Assembly: GCA_030704615.1 (NCBI GenBank)
Contig: CM060731.1
Span: forward strand, 55,304,001-55,368,000
DNA: 64,000 nucleotides
Origin: Takakia lepidozioides
Lineage: Eukaryota > Plantae > Bryophyta
Direction of reading: 5' to 3'
Every line of letters starts with the position of its first letter. Position 1 is the first letter of the stretch. Under the pieces are notes generated by a model. The model was not told the DNA's origin. It was given only the letters and a program-made list of their open reading frames with translations, and made no database searches. The position numbers and the translations under genes were made by a program. This document shows, piece after piece, positions 36,090-48,724 of the stretch.

Positions 36090-36805
36090 AATCAGAAATG
36101 GGGCACCGCATTTCCAAATTTTTGGCAACTCTAAGAACCCTCTTTTGGAAATGCGGCACCGCATTTCCAAAACAGGGGAGGGACTAAATTTTCCATTTCA
36201 ATGTTGGCATAGTAAAAAGTAATCGGCCGATTGGAAATGTGGTGCCACATTTCAAAAATTTCCTTTGTCCACACGCCAGTTTTGGCCTCTCCCGCTCATT
36301 GCATGGATGCCACCACGCTTACAGAGGTCGAACAAGGAGGTCGAACAAGGAGGTCGAGATGGCGGAATTGAAAATGCGGTGCCGCATTTCCATATTGGGG
36401 ATGGTCGTTGTTCGAACTGCAGGCCCATCAGCAAAAATTGGCACCGCATTCCATTGTAAAAAAAAGTCGAGTCGGACGGACATGGAAATGCGGCGCCGCA
36501 TTTCCAGAACGGACATCGCAATTTGTCCATTTGCAGACCCTCTCACGGAAATGCGGTAACGCATTCCATCGCGCTGGTCGGAAATGTCACACTTTTCGAA
36601 GTGTTGGACGGAAATGCGGGCACCGCATTCCCTTGTCCAAAAAGAAGTTTCCATTGCCAAGCTGGAAATGCGTCGCCGCATTTGCAATGCCAACCTCGTT
36701 GTCTGTCCAATTTATAGACCCGTGTTGGTATTTCGTGTACCTGGACGGAAATGATGCACCGCATTTCCTTGTCCCACATGGAAATGCGGTGCCGCATTTC
36801 AATGT
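36090..36805. repeat. Palindrome array (inverted copy of 16919-17716)
   Basis: Same motifs and spacers in reverse, with fewer 32-bp units. Confidence 0.9.
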
Positions 36806-37057
36806 CCGACATGGCGTTACTCTGGTATATTCTTGACACATGACTCACATACCGGTTACTCTGCTATATTCATCCGGACAGACACATTGTAGAAATGAGA
36901 CATCAAATTGTAAACAGTGGGCCAATTCCGACAGTTATTCAACAGAATGAAACACAATCATACAGAAGTGAGGTACGATGGGTTTATTGATCGGACACGA
37001 TGTCTCACATTTACCAACTGCAGACAAAACTAAGCCCTTCCTCCTTCTACATGGGCT

Positions 37058-37634
37058 TCACCAAGTCGACGGAACTTCGATACCCCTCAAAACAAGCTCA
37101 TCACTGCTGCGGCACCTCGAGGTAAACTGCAATTCGGTCGTTCTGCTGCCCTTGCTGGAGCCGACGACAATGTCATGTCCATCAATGATACCACCATCAT
37201 ACATTGACAAGGTCACTGTGGGCCTCATGTGCCCGTACGATTCGTCTTCGCAACTCAGCCGAATGTCTCCATACACTGGAAGAGCGGAGTGATCTGCACG
37301 TATATAGTTTTTCCCGGGCCGTCCTCCCTGGTCCACTGGCAGCAGTTCCAGCGCCAAGCGAGGTCGTGCGTGATCTGTCCGGCATCCCTTTCCAGCTTGG
37401 TATATCGAGGTCAACAATTTTCAGGACCCACGGACCGCATTGACCCTCGCCCTCACCTCGCTCAAAGCGGTAATAGCCCTCCAGATACTCCATTGCGCGC
37501 ACAGACTCTTGCTTGATTCCAGCAGCGTCTGTGAAAACAGAGAGCCAGACAATGATGTCTCCTGATTCTGGTTTGAACATAGCATAATCGTGGCCATGAT
37601 AAGGGCAGTCGGCTGGATTTCGGCGGCACGGCAT
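37058..37634 (-). pseudogene. ORF-Y copy with small frameshifting deletions
   Basis: Reverse complement of 16083-16661, split over two ORFs. Confidence 0.8.
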
Positions 37635-37938
37635 CCTTGAAAAAGAGTAGCGGAGTACGCTCAATGACAGCAGCTCCCGGATGGAGGAGGAGCAGCGGGT
37701 GGCGGTGGCTGGAAAAGTTCAAGCTAACGCTGCAATTCCTCACAAACACTCCAGGGCACATTTAAATTTCCCCCCTACAGGATCCTGAACCGATGAAGAT
37801 TGGCTGCTTCATGAATGTAGCCATTTCAGTTTCCTACCCTGCCATGCAAACTATGGGCACTCACTGCCAGGTGGGCCGATAGCCACTGGACACGACGAAG
37901 TCCATCCCCTCTTCGATGTAAATGCGGCGCCGAACAAC

Positions 37939-38907
37939 TCACTCCTCCACCATGTTGAGCTCAATCCGCTCAGCCAGCAGAAACACATCTGCTAATGTGG
38001 GTTGGGCTGCTTGTAACAGGGTTGCATCTCGCACCCTTCTTTTGAGCTCCTTGTCCAGAATTCCATACCAAAACTGGATTGCCTGAGCTTCAATAACCCC
38101 TTGGGTCACACTTATCAAGCGCCTCATACGAGTGTACGCCTCTCGCAGGCTCTCACTGGGTTTGCGCTGGAAATCTTGCAAACTTCGCAGCTTCTCTGTC
38201 CGTACGCCTTGGTAGTTCCTCCGCAACTCCTGGAAGAACTCCACCACCGGGTTGAATCTAGGCACATGTGTTGTAGTCGTGGAAGGAGGAGTAGTAGCAC
38301 CTTTTGAACTGGTACCACCTGCAGAAGCACCAGCACTACTTGCTCCACTACTAGTGCTGGCAGTGGAGACTACTGGTACTGATGCAGCTACTGGTCGCGT
38401 CGTGCCTCGAGTAATGGAGACGTAGTCAGGTGACCAATACATCCTCCACTCCTCAATCTCTGCTTCATGTCCTCGCCTGAACTCGTGGTAATCGTCCATA
38501 GGCGGGCCTTCCAAATGCTGGAACAGTCCCTTCCACGCCATGAATGGGGTGAATAGCTGTGGATTGCGCATCTGCTGCAAATCACACCAGCTGTCGAACT
38601 CCTGGATAAAGTCATCCAACTCGATTGTGCCCACAGCTCCAGAGTACCTACGAGGCCCCTTGGTAGCTCCATACATCTCCTCCATGTCGTCCCACAACAA
38701 TGGCGAATGAAAGTGCACACCAGTTGATGAAGCCTCCGAGTCTGTGTCTGACTCTACAGTAATTGAGGGTGGCGGTGAAGGTGGTCTGAACCGAATACCT
38801 CGTCTTGTGAACCCACTCTCACTGTTACTGCCTGTAGCCGTACTCCCCTCAAAACCTTGGGTAACTCCGTAATGACACTCACAATGTGCACCTCCTCCAC
38901 GTGACAC
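37939..38907 (-). CDS. Retrotransposon gag-like protein (3' truncated)
   Basis: RRYSG...LDDFIQEFDSWC and LQDFQRKPSESLREAYTRMRRL (Retrotrans_gag major-homology-like motif). Confidence 0.75.
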   Translation of the reverse strand: MSRGGGAHCECHYGVTQGFEGSTATGSNSESGFTRRGIRFRPPSPPPSITVESDTDSEASSTGVHFHSPLLWDDMEEMYGATKGPRRYSGAVGTIELDDFIQEFDSWCDLQQMRNPQLFTPFMAWKGLFQHLEGPPMDDYHEFRRGHEAEIEEWRMYWSPDYVSITRGTTRPVAASVPVVSTASTSSGASSAGASAGGTSSKGATTPPSTTTTHVPRFNPVVEFFQELRRNYQGVRTEKLRSLQDFQRKPSESLREAYTRMRRLISVTQGVIEAQAIQFWYGILDKELKRRVRDATLLQAAQPTLADVFLLAERIELNMVEE

Positions 38908-39404
38908 TATAAGGCTCTAGTACTAATCTAATAGTGACACGGGTGGGCACCTGTTGCAGTTTAAGGGTCATATCCCAATGGCTCAGGGCACCTGCACCTG
39001 CATCCACCGCAAGAACTCTTATGGTTGGCTGGTCATCAACCCAGCCACCATAGAAGAAACACTGGTGGTCTTGCTGGTCATCACTCCAGCCTCACCACCG
39101 ACAGCATACTCTAGGATTGACCGGTGATCAAATCCGGCCTAATCCCTATGAAAGCAAGCGCCCACACAAAACCAACATGGCGCACAGTCAAGCATGTAGG
39201 TGTTGGGGGGATCCAAACACAAGAAATCAAAACATCAACACCCCACACCAAAATCCAGCAGCAACGCTGATCCTGCAGAATATCCCAGCCCAAAACCCCG
39301 GACTGACTGGCCTCCACCAAGAGAGGCTTTGGCAACTACGAGTACAAGGTAATGAAAATAGTACAGAGATGGAGGGGAAGAATAGAAGCCCGCCCAAGCA
39401 AGAT

Positions 39405-40166
39405 CTAATCCTGATCTATGCTATCAACTTCCAGACTTCTCTCAAAGTGCCTCGCTCTGCATGATGGTAAGGGTGTAGGAGGTATATCTATGTCCAGAAA
39501 CCTGCCACTAACCTTGTCCCAAGCTACAGTAGCTCGCTCTAACCAACCCTCCTCCTCTTTCTGCCAGGTAGAGACAAAGCAATACTCTGCTATCTCCCGC
39601 TCACTGAACACTAAAGAAAACAAAGGTAGGGTCTGATAGTCTCTCAACTCGAAAGCTTTGAGACGGTTGCGGGTGTCCTCATTGCGAATGACTGCATCTC
39701 CTTCACGCACAACAAACATGTCATTGCTGATGAACCCCCGCTCGTGGTTGCCCTGTGCAGAGCGTATCCAGCTGCAACCATGTCTGATTGCACAAACTTG
39801 TGTAGCTCCTGCTCCTCTACTCCAGTACACCACGGCCTTGTGGCTGAACACCTTGGTCCCCGGGGCTGTCTTTGGCTGTGTTCCAAGCCTAGCTTTCACC
39901 CACTTTGGTATTTCACCTACAGCTGCAGAACTGCTAGCTCCAACAAAGTTCTGACTGTCCAAGGCGATATTGAGGCCCTCAATGCCAACTACAGCAGTCT
40001 GTTGTCTACTGCTAATGCCTGACTCCCAGTATGCAATCAACTCGTCCAACTGTTCTCCACTCAAATCAGTCTGAGTTCCTTGGGAAACATAAATCTTGTC
40101 CCCTTTGGTGCACAGGCTAAGAGAAGAGACCTGCCCTTCAACGACGTCCTCATTTCCCCCAACCAT
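39405..40166 (-). CDS. Hypothetical 253-aa ORF upstream of gag
   Basis: Open frame on the same strand as gag; no recognised domain. Confidence 0.4.
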   Translation of the reverse strand: MVGGNEDVVEGQVSSLSLCTKGDKIYVSQGTQTDLSGEQLDELIAYWESGISSRQQTAVVGIEGLNIALDSQNFVGASSSAAVGEIPKWVKARLGTQPKTAPGTKVFSHKAVVYWSRGAGATQVCAIRHGCSWIRSAQGNHERGFISNDMFVVREGDAVIRNEDTRNRLKAFELRDYQTLPLFSLVFSEREIAEYCFVSTWQKEEEGWLERATVAWDKVSGRFLDIDIPPTPLPSCRARHFERSLEVDSIDQD

Positions 40167-40879
40167 ACAAGGAGTACATCCACAGATTTGTCTCTAATAT
40201 AGACCAGCACAGGTTCTAGAAACAGGATTGTGGATCTTTCATGGCACACCCACACTCTAAAAATTCCATAGATTTTTAGCAGAGTCCCAAAAACAGAAAC
40301 CACGTCTAGATAGGTAGATTTCCCCTTTCTGCAGCTATCCCCTCAAAAACTGAGTCAAACGGAGCTCATTTGACAAAGATATGACCAACCCAGGCTCTTT
40401 AAACATTTAAATTAGATCAAAAAGGCTTTTTTTTTTTTTTTTTAACACCAAAACGCTTTTGCCATTACAACCTGTTCCCAGGTTCTACGAGTTCCCGAGG
40501 TCGTTCCCCTCCAGGATTCTCCAGGCACCAAGAGCTCGTTAATTCCAAAACTCGACCTCAGTTGGGTGGGGTATCACACCCTGGAGGCGACTTGCTTTTT
40601 CTCTGCGCGTGGGCCTGCCTCCTCGAGCTTTCACGACGGCACGGCAGCAGCCATGTTTACGGCACGCAGGAAGATTCAGAAGGAGAAGGGGGCGATTCTT
40701 CCCAGTGAACCCTCGAGAGACGAGTCCCGTGTATCAGCAGGTGCTGGAGATGCTCGAGAGATCTAGAATTGCTGTGAAATGGGCTTCCAGTGCTCGCCCT
40801 GCGAGGGCTTGGATTGCCTTGTGTGGATTGCCCTCTTCAGAACAGCTTGATGCAAGGCACTGTAAGCTGCTGATTCGCT

Positions 40880-40968
40880 ATCCAGTGATGGAAAGAGTGG
40901 TGTGGCTGGGGTGTCAATAGCCAGTCGTAGTCATTCTTGTCTATATCAGCATTGAGCAAGTCGCTCCT
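40880..40968 (-). pseudogene. Captured host-gene fragment, plant BPP (basic proline-rich microtubule-associated protein)-like motif
   Basis: SDLLNADIDKNDYDWLLTP[P]ATPLFPSLD with one 1-bp frameshift. Confidence 0.75.
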
Positions 40969-42905
40969 CACTCCTTTTCGCTTGTGGAAAGGATTGTGGA
41001 AGACGAGCGCGTTGCCATCAAAATGGCGGAGTTTGTTCGATTCAACACACTCGGTGTATCCCAGGATGCACAAGCCCGGGCAACCACCTTACTCCGGACA
41101 CTCATGACTGGCTACGCGCAACTGGCTGTCGAGTAGGGGAGACTGATGGACGCGACGAAGCAGCCCTTCTTCCATTATGGCCAGGCGGTGATGGAGGAGA
41201 GATGGAAGAAGCTGCGGCAGAAGTTGGAGGGCAGCACGCGCTTCGCTTTGCCTGATTATGACCCCTTACACTGTTCCTTCTTGGGAAAGATGTTTCGGCC
41301 CAACCCAGCTTTTGTATGGCCGCGTTCAACCAGTTCTTCACCTCAGATACAAACCAGCTGCCCCCTGAGCCAGGTTGGCACCAATTACAGACTTGGTTGC
41401 TCACAAAAACATTGGAGGAGTGAACTTCGTTCCTTTTCTCAACTGTGCATCACCAGTCGCAATCCATAGCAACAGCCCTTTCATAAGGAACAGAGACACA
41501 AGTCCCCAAAGAGCACATGAAACCACATGCAGGTGAAGGTGATCTGCCTACAATTTGCTTGTCACAGCCTTGAGGCAACAGCCACAACATACCCATTGGA
41601 CGGAGCAGAAATGGTCTTGTGCATTTCAGAGCTTTCCTGGAGAACTCGTCTGACCATCCTTCTGCTACAATTGTGCATGTTGCTTGTACTAGATTGTTGC
41701 AGAAGCTACCTGCAAGTGGACAGAGTGGCATTTAGCATTTGCAGCTGACCCCTACAACCTCGCAAGCATCTTGTCAAGAAAGCTGATGCATTCGGTAAAG
41801 CCACGTTGCGTTGTGAACTGCCTCCACAGCTGAGCCTCTGCTTCATTCAGTCTGGCAACGCCATTCTCTTCCCTGCAACAAAATCTTCTGCATCGTCCTC
41901 ATCTCCTCATCGCAGAAGGGTGTGGCAGACGAGAACTCTCATGTCGCCACTGCTTAGGGCTGCTCCACGGACCTCAAAGCAGATTGATCAAGATTGCCCA
42001 CACCAGTACAACCTGACGCAGGCCCTTCTGAAGATGTCGCAACAAACTACAAACTGACTTGCTCACAGCCTCAAAAACACGGTAGCGACTGTCAGCTCCA
42101 AGATTGAGTCCCTAGCATAGCTTGAATGAGACGCATAGTTGTGGTTGAGAGCCTTGGACAGACGAAATGACCCGACTTCCCCAACAATGCAAGAGCCCAC
42201 AGAGAAAATAGAAGAATGTGGGGATCTGCATATCTCTTGGACTCAGTACTCCACTAGATGACCCAAAAGACTGAGGACACAGTACGGTCGCCGTGCAAAC
42301 CAGAAACAACGTCCGTGCTCAGTCCACTGCTCGTAGCAACAGCATTCCATTGCTTGCTGCATCAATATTGACCCCTTGCACATCTAGCTTCCAGCGAGCC
42401 TTGGCTACTCCTTCAAACGTGATAGCGTTGCTCCTTCTGCTGGGCAGACTCATAGATTACCAAGTTATATTATAATAGTGCTAAAAAAAAACAAACATCA
42501 TATCTAGCTTAGCACTAGAAAACTAGATAGATGATCTCTCTCGAGTGAAAAGAAAGCTAACAAATGACACTGCTCTCCACACAAGAAACAATGTGAAATC
42601 CAAAACCATCACTCTTTAAAACAGTAGTCGAGCCAGGGGCACCCCAAGCTATGGGGACTCCACCCCACAACAACCTACACTCCCATCATGAGTACACTCA
42701 GATCTAAACGCACACAGGAGCTCGGTCGCGCAGGCTCAACTCGAGAGAGATGAGCTGCGCGACTGCCGCTCTCGTGAAGATAAGACGGACCAGGTGTCAA
42801 ACTAAACTTGACACCTGATTTAACACTTGACCTAAATCCAAGTGTTAAATACAAATAACTAGTTTTATGCTAGCTGTTTTCACGCTGTGCTTATTTAACT
42901 TGACA

Positions 42906-45900
42906 CAGCAGTAATTACAAAGAAGGGATTGTATGAATGGTTGGTCATGCCATTTGGGCTAAAAAATGCCACTGCTACTTTCCAAAGAACAATGAATAGG
43001 GTGCTTAAGGAAGAAATTAAAGATTGCGCCAAGGTCTTTGTAGATGACGTCAATATCCATAGCAAGGACTGGGCAGATCACGTGGGGCACATAAAGAGAG
43101 TACTGATGAAGGTTAGGAGGGCCAATCTTAGGCTCAATCTGGACAAGTGTTATTTTGCCAATTTGCAGTTGGTATTCCTTGGGCATGTGATCTCTGAAGA
43201 AGGAACCTGGCCTGATCCAGATAAGATAGCTGCAATTGAAAGGTTTCCCTTGCCCAAAAACCACACTGCTCTCAAAAGTTATTTGGGGATGACAGGGTAT
43301 TATAGGCCCTATGTCAAGGGGTATGCTGGAGTGGCAGTGCCTTTGTTCACTCTAACCAAGAAGGATGTGAAGTTTATCTGGAGTGCAGAGGCACAAAACG
43401 CCTTTTCTGCCCTACAGGTGAAGCTGGTGACTGCTCCCATTCTGGCCAGGCCAGCCAGATTTCTCAAGGCCTTTTCGTCCTGGATGTTGACTGGTCCATC
43501 AAAGGAGTGGGGGCAGTATTGTCACAAAAGGAGTATAAAAAAGAGAGGGTCATTACATACGCTAGTAAGGTACTATCTGATGCTCAGCGAAAAATATCAC
43601 CCTATGGAGGGTGAATGCTATGCCTTGGTGTGGGGAGTATTACACTTTAGGCAGTACCTGTATGGAACCCCTTTTGTAATCAGGACTGATCACAAACCAC
43701 TGGAGTGGTTGGCAACGGTAAGTGACGCATATGGACGCAGGGGTAGATGGATCATGATGTTACAAGATTTTGAGTTCAAAATTGTTCATAGGGCGGGTGC
43801 TAGGCATGCTAACGTAGATGCGCTAAGCAGGTATCCAGTGGGACCAGCTGAGGAAACCGAGGAAGGAAATCGAGGTATCTACTTCTCTATACAGTCAGAA
43901 AAGGGAAGGAGAAAGAGGGATGGAGCCTATCTTCTTAGACTAGAGTGGGATAGGGGTGCCATCAATGCTTCTCTATTTCAATTTAAAGAGGGTAAGAAGG
44001 AGTTGAGAGAAGAAGCTCATAGGCAAGTAGGGTATAGCAGTGAAAAGGGGGAAATGATTTGCAAGAGAGGAGTACTATGCATGTGTATGGGGTCTTTGGT
44101 ATTTCAAGAAGACACTGTTGGGATGTCATTTTTCTTTAGAAACAGATCTGGATCCATATTGGTGGCTGTACTCAGAACACCACATAGGCATAGACTTGCT
44201 TGGTGACTTTTCATTTGAGTTCGTTCCTAGAATAGATAGATCTTCCACAGGTGGGATGTTGACCAAGGCTCATGGTATATTGAAAGGAGAACTAAAACCA
44301 GGTGTAATGCCAGATAGGGAAGGAAAGAAGGTGACTTTTGCTGCACGGACTTTTGCTACCAAGACCCAAGGAAAGGGCATTGATCAATCAACCCCTGTCA
44401 ATCTGGTAAGGGAAGGTATTTGGAAAGATGTGGGTGCAGGAAGGAAGGAGGTTCCTGCAATCAGCAACAAAGAAAGGGCAGATCTGATGTCCTCTTGTCC
44501 CACCATCCATGTGATTACCCGAGGATCTCATGCTCGTGATCAGGAGCTAAGCAAGGTACAGCCAGCCTGTGAACTTGTGGAAGAACGATCAAACAATGAA
44601 AAGGGAAGCTCACCAGAAACACCATTCCTTCAACACTCTATAAACACAGAGACAACAGGAAGAATTCGGGTGACCTCCTCGTCAGAATGCCCAGCTGAAG
44701 GACACATGGGGGGTGAGTGTTGACTTCTCCAAAACATAAGAGATGCATAACTTCCACATCATTAAGTACATCAGGTTGCCTTTCCTCCCTAACAGCTGCT
44801 GTATGATTGTCAGAGCTGATGAGAGACTCTTCCCCCCATCTTTCAGCTGCACGTAATAGTGACATCTGAGTAGCTTTGGTGGGTGTGCTCCATGGCACCC
44901 AGTCCCCTTTAACATCCTTGTTGCAAGAAGAAGTTTCTTGCCCTGAACAACGTGATCCATCACTGTCTGAAGAATAAAATGTCTAGCAGGCGGGCAAGGC
45001 AGTACTCCTATCTCAAAGGGGAAGTCTACTTTGAGGGAAGGGTAGTTCCACCAAGAACGGACAGAGAGGCAATAATCAATGAAGTGCATAAGGCCACTGG
45101 CCATTTTGGAATCCGGAGAACACAAGAAGAGATATGTCGACGGTATTTCTGGCATGACAGAACGAAACTCATCAGGCAAGTACTCAAAGGCTGTGGAGAA
45201 TGTCAGATGACCAAATAGAACGGAGTGTTACGCTCAGGTAGCTCAAAACTTCACAGCATTCCAGTTGTGGATCTGTTTTTCAAAGTTGCAATTGACACAG
45301 CGGGGCCATTACCCATAACCAGCAGGGGCAATCAGTACTTTCTGGTGGCAATAGATCACTTCTCAAAATGGATAGAGGCTGCACCAGTGGCAGATCATAC
45401 AACAGCACTTACTGCCCGCTTTCTAGTGGAAGAAGTCATTGACAGGTATAGCTGCCCCCACACATTGCTCACTGACAATGGCACGGAGTGGGGAGGTGAG
45501 TTTGAAGATGCATGCCGCGAATATGGTATAAAAAGAGAGCATAGCGCTCCCTACTGGCCTCAGTGTAACGGTATGGTGGAAAGGGTGATTAAGTCCCTCA
45601 AGCAGAGCATCACCACCTTGGGAGTTGGAAACGACACTGAGTGGGATCAGAACCTATACAAAGCCTTGTTTGGTTACAGAATGGGTGTTCATGCTTCAAC
45701 AGGATTCTCACCTTTTCAAGTGCTTACTGGTAGGATTCCAAGACTGGGGATCGATAACAGGTTGCACTTTCTTACAGCAGCAGTAAATTTTGATGGATCT
45801 GTTGCAGAGGTCACACTGATGATGCAGCAGAAAATCCAGCTCCTCTCAGAGATAAAGGCTAAGCTGCGGAAAAATGTGAAGAAAGGGTAGCGTCAGCAGG

Positions 45901-46205
45901 CAAGGGATTATGAAAGGAGACATCACGCAGGGCGCAGCTACTGCAAGTTGATAGAGAACAGCAAGGTGATGATGTCGAGGCATGGAAAGAGGTCTTCCAT
46001 GACATCTCCATGGGAAGGACCCTATGACTTTTTGGGGTACAAAGATGCGGGAAACACCACAAGGACAGGGGAAGTTGCACGCAAATGCAGGCTAAGAGAT
46101 GGGGCAAACAAGGAATGGGTAAGAAGTAGGCGGGATTTGAAACCATTCATACCACCAGTGGGTGGTCAGCCAGTGAAGGTGGTCAGTGAGGACCTTGACA
46201 CTTAA
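42906..46205 (+). pseudogene. Ty3/Gypsy pol (RT 3' part, RNase H, long spacer, integrase), family G2
   Basis: MPFGLKNATATFQ, FVDD, TDHKPL, NVDALSR, HKATGH...CGEC, IDTAGP/TDNG/GMVER, WEGPY. Confidence 0.92.
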
Positions 46206-46225
46206 AAAGGGAGACACACTACATA

Positions 46226-46792
46226 TGTAGTGTGAATGCAGGGGAGTGACATTACATTTTTGTTTTACCGTTAAGACCCTGCATCACTACAACGGGAGTG
46301 CCCGTTGTACAACTGCAGGAGGGATATATCCCTGCATATAGGTAATTTCATGGGCATACTGTGCTTATGCTTTGCTAGGATAAAAATGGCTAAGTCATGA
46401 CCATGCGTATTTTCATCCGTAGGATGAACGTTTTCATCCCAGGTGTTTAACCTAGAAACGCGGGTTGAGGAAAACGAAGAGGAAGATGACGGACAACTCT
46501 TAGCAGCTGCTGCGAGCAGTGGGGTTGGCAGGGCCGTCTGTTTTTGGGAGGTTGTACCTACGCTATGGGACTCTGCTTGGTTTAGAGAGCGGCATTAAGT
46601 GCTTCTGCTTGGTATTCTGTGTAAAGGGAAGCGGTGCCGCTTTTCTCGTAGTGATGATCAATTCCTGGAGTAGGAGCATGTAAGAAGAGCGGCGCACCAC
46701 CGCTGTCGCCTTTGCCTTGAAGAAAACAGTTATGGGCAGATGAGCAAGCAAGGAAAACGGCCAGCTGCCAGAAGCACAAGGAAGTGAGTTGT
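46226..46792 (+). repeat. 3' LTR of G2 (partial; start uncertain, 46226 or ~46314)
   Basis: Follows purine tract AAAAAGGGAGA. Homologous to 14280-14502. Interrupted by a G1 LTR. Confidence 0.6.
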
Positions 46793-47644
46793 TGTTAGAG
46801 GACTGTCTGGGACTTAGACAATTATACGGGATCTGTGGGGTACCCTTAATTTTTGCACAGACTGAGACCAACAGGAGCCTTAGGGGTGACAGTAGCGCAC
46901 TTTAGGGGGGGGTGACACAGCCCGTCACAGCCCGACACAGCCAAACACAGTCGCACAGCCAGTCACAGCCCGTCACAGTTTCACACAGCCAGTCACAGCT
47001 TGACACAGCTGTCACGACCATAGGGAACGGATAGCCGGACAGGGAACGACTGTGGGGAACAGCACCTGCGAATGGAACATGTTAGTTCACGGACGACGGT
47101 TAGTGAGGGAAACAGTTAGAACAACGGGTAGGAAGATAAAGCTAGAAGCAAGGACTGAAGGGGGGATCATTCTTGGAAGCACTTCTTGGGAGAAGACTTC
47201 GGACATCACTGGGGGAAAGGAGGAGAGAGCGTATCTCTGAGCAGAAAGATGGAGAACACGAAGTAGGAGGAGGAGTTGTTGATGCTTAATGAATGCAGGC
47301 AGTAGAATTGTAATGTAGAGCAGATTAGAGACTCCATGGCTTCAGCCTGATACTTGATAGATATTAATCTGATAGACACTTCATACTCACACTGTGTAGA
47401 GAGATCTGAGTGAAGCTGTGGAATGAATGGATGAGTTGATGGAATCCGATAAATTGATGAAGCAAACTAATACTTAATTATCAGCAGTAAGGTAACTAGC
47501 TAACATGAATGCGGGAAGGAAAACAAATAGGAACACCCCCATGATACACTAGCTGTAGGTCATGACTGATTGTTCTGAGCGGGCTGAGTACTTAGAGATT
47601 TCCAACTCTTCTATCTTGGAGTTTCCGCCTCGGATAGCGAAGGG
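46793..47644 (+). repeat. G1-family LTR (diverged), last ~25 bp displaced by a further insertion
   Basis: Begins TGTTAGAGGACTGTCTGGGAC. Aligns with 58560-59290. Confidence 0.88.
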
Positions 47645-48724
47645 TGTTAGAGGACTGTCTGGGACTTAGACACTTATACGGGATCTATAGGGTACCCTTA
47701 ATTTTTGCATAGACTGAGACCAACAGGAGCCTTAGGGGTGACAGCAGCGCACTGTAGAGGGGGGTTACACAGCTCGTCACAGCCAACACAGCCCGTCACA
47801 GTCTGTCGCGCGGCTTTTACTCACCCATCCCTTCGCTATCCGAGGCGGAAACTCCAAGATAGAAGAGTTGGAAATCTCCAAGTACTCAGCCTGCGCAGAA
47901 CAATCAGTCATGACCTACAGCTAGTGTATCATGGGGGTGTTTCCTATTTGTTTCCCTTTTGGCATTCATGTTAGCTACCTTACCATTGATAATTAAGTAT
48001 CAGTTTGCTTCATCAATCTATTGGATTCCATCAACTCATCCATTCATTCCACAGCTTCACTCAGATCTCTTTACACAGTGTGATTGTATCATATAAGTAT
48101 CAGATTATGATTTATCAGGTATCAGGCCGAAGCCATTGTATCTCTAATCTGCTCCACTATATCACTATCGCTTTGCATATAACAAGCATCTACTAATCCT
48201 CTTTCCTCCTCCATCTTTGCTTCCGATCTTGCTCTCTGCCCGATCTCCTCTCATGCATGACCCCGAAGTGCTCCCAAGAATCATCCTCCAAAAAGCCTCC
48301 TACTCAGTCCTTGCTTCTCCCTTTATCTTCCTACTCGTGGCTCTAACCGTTTCCCTCACTAACCGTCGTCCGTGAACTAACATGTTCCATTTGCAGGTGT
48401 TGTTCCCCACAGTCGTTCCCTGTCCTGCTCTCCGTTCCCTATGATCGTGACAGCTGTGTCAAGCTGTGACTGGCTGTGTGAAACTGTGACGGGCTGTGAT
48501 TGGCTGTGCGACTGTGTTTGGCTGTGTGGCTGTGTCGGGCTGTGGTGGCTGTGACGGGCTGTGTAACCCCCCTCTACAGTGCGCTGCTGTCACCCCTAAG
48601 GCTCCTGTTGGTCTCAGTCTGTGCAAAAATTAAGGGTACCCTACAGATCCCGTATAAGTGTCTAAGTCCCAGACAGTCCTCTAACATTACCCCTTCCCCT
48701 CTCAAAAAGCCGTGTCCTCACGGT

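Larger units (their letters stand above)
25245..37934. mobile_element. Mutator-like element, near-complete coding core (copy D), both ends truncated by retroelements
   Basis: Transposase (-), 53-bp array, ParB-MTase gene (+), second array, ORF-Y (-). Confidence 0.85.
37935..42905 (-). mobile_element. Truncated LTR retrotransposon (family G3): putative long LTR/leader, upstream ORF, gag
   Basis: Minus strand starts TGTCAAG at 42905, where Gypsy pol abuts. gag-like ORF at the other end. LTR/PBS boundary (~40470) uncertain. Confidence 0.55.
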
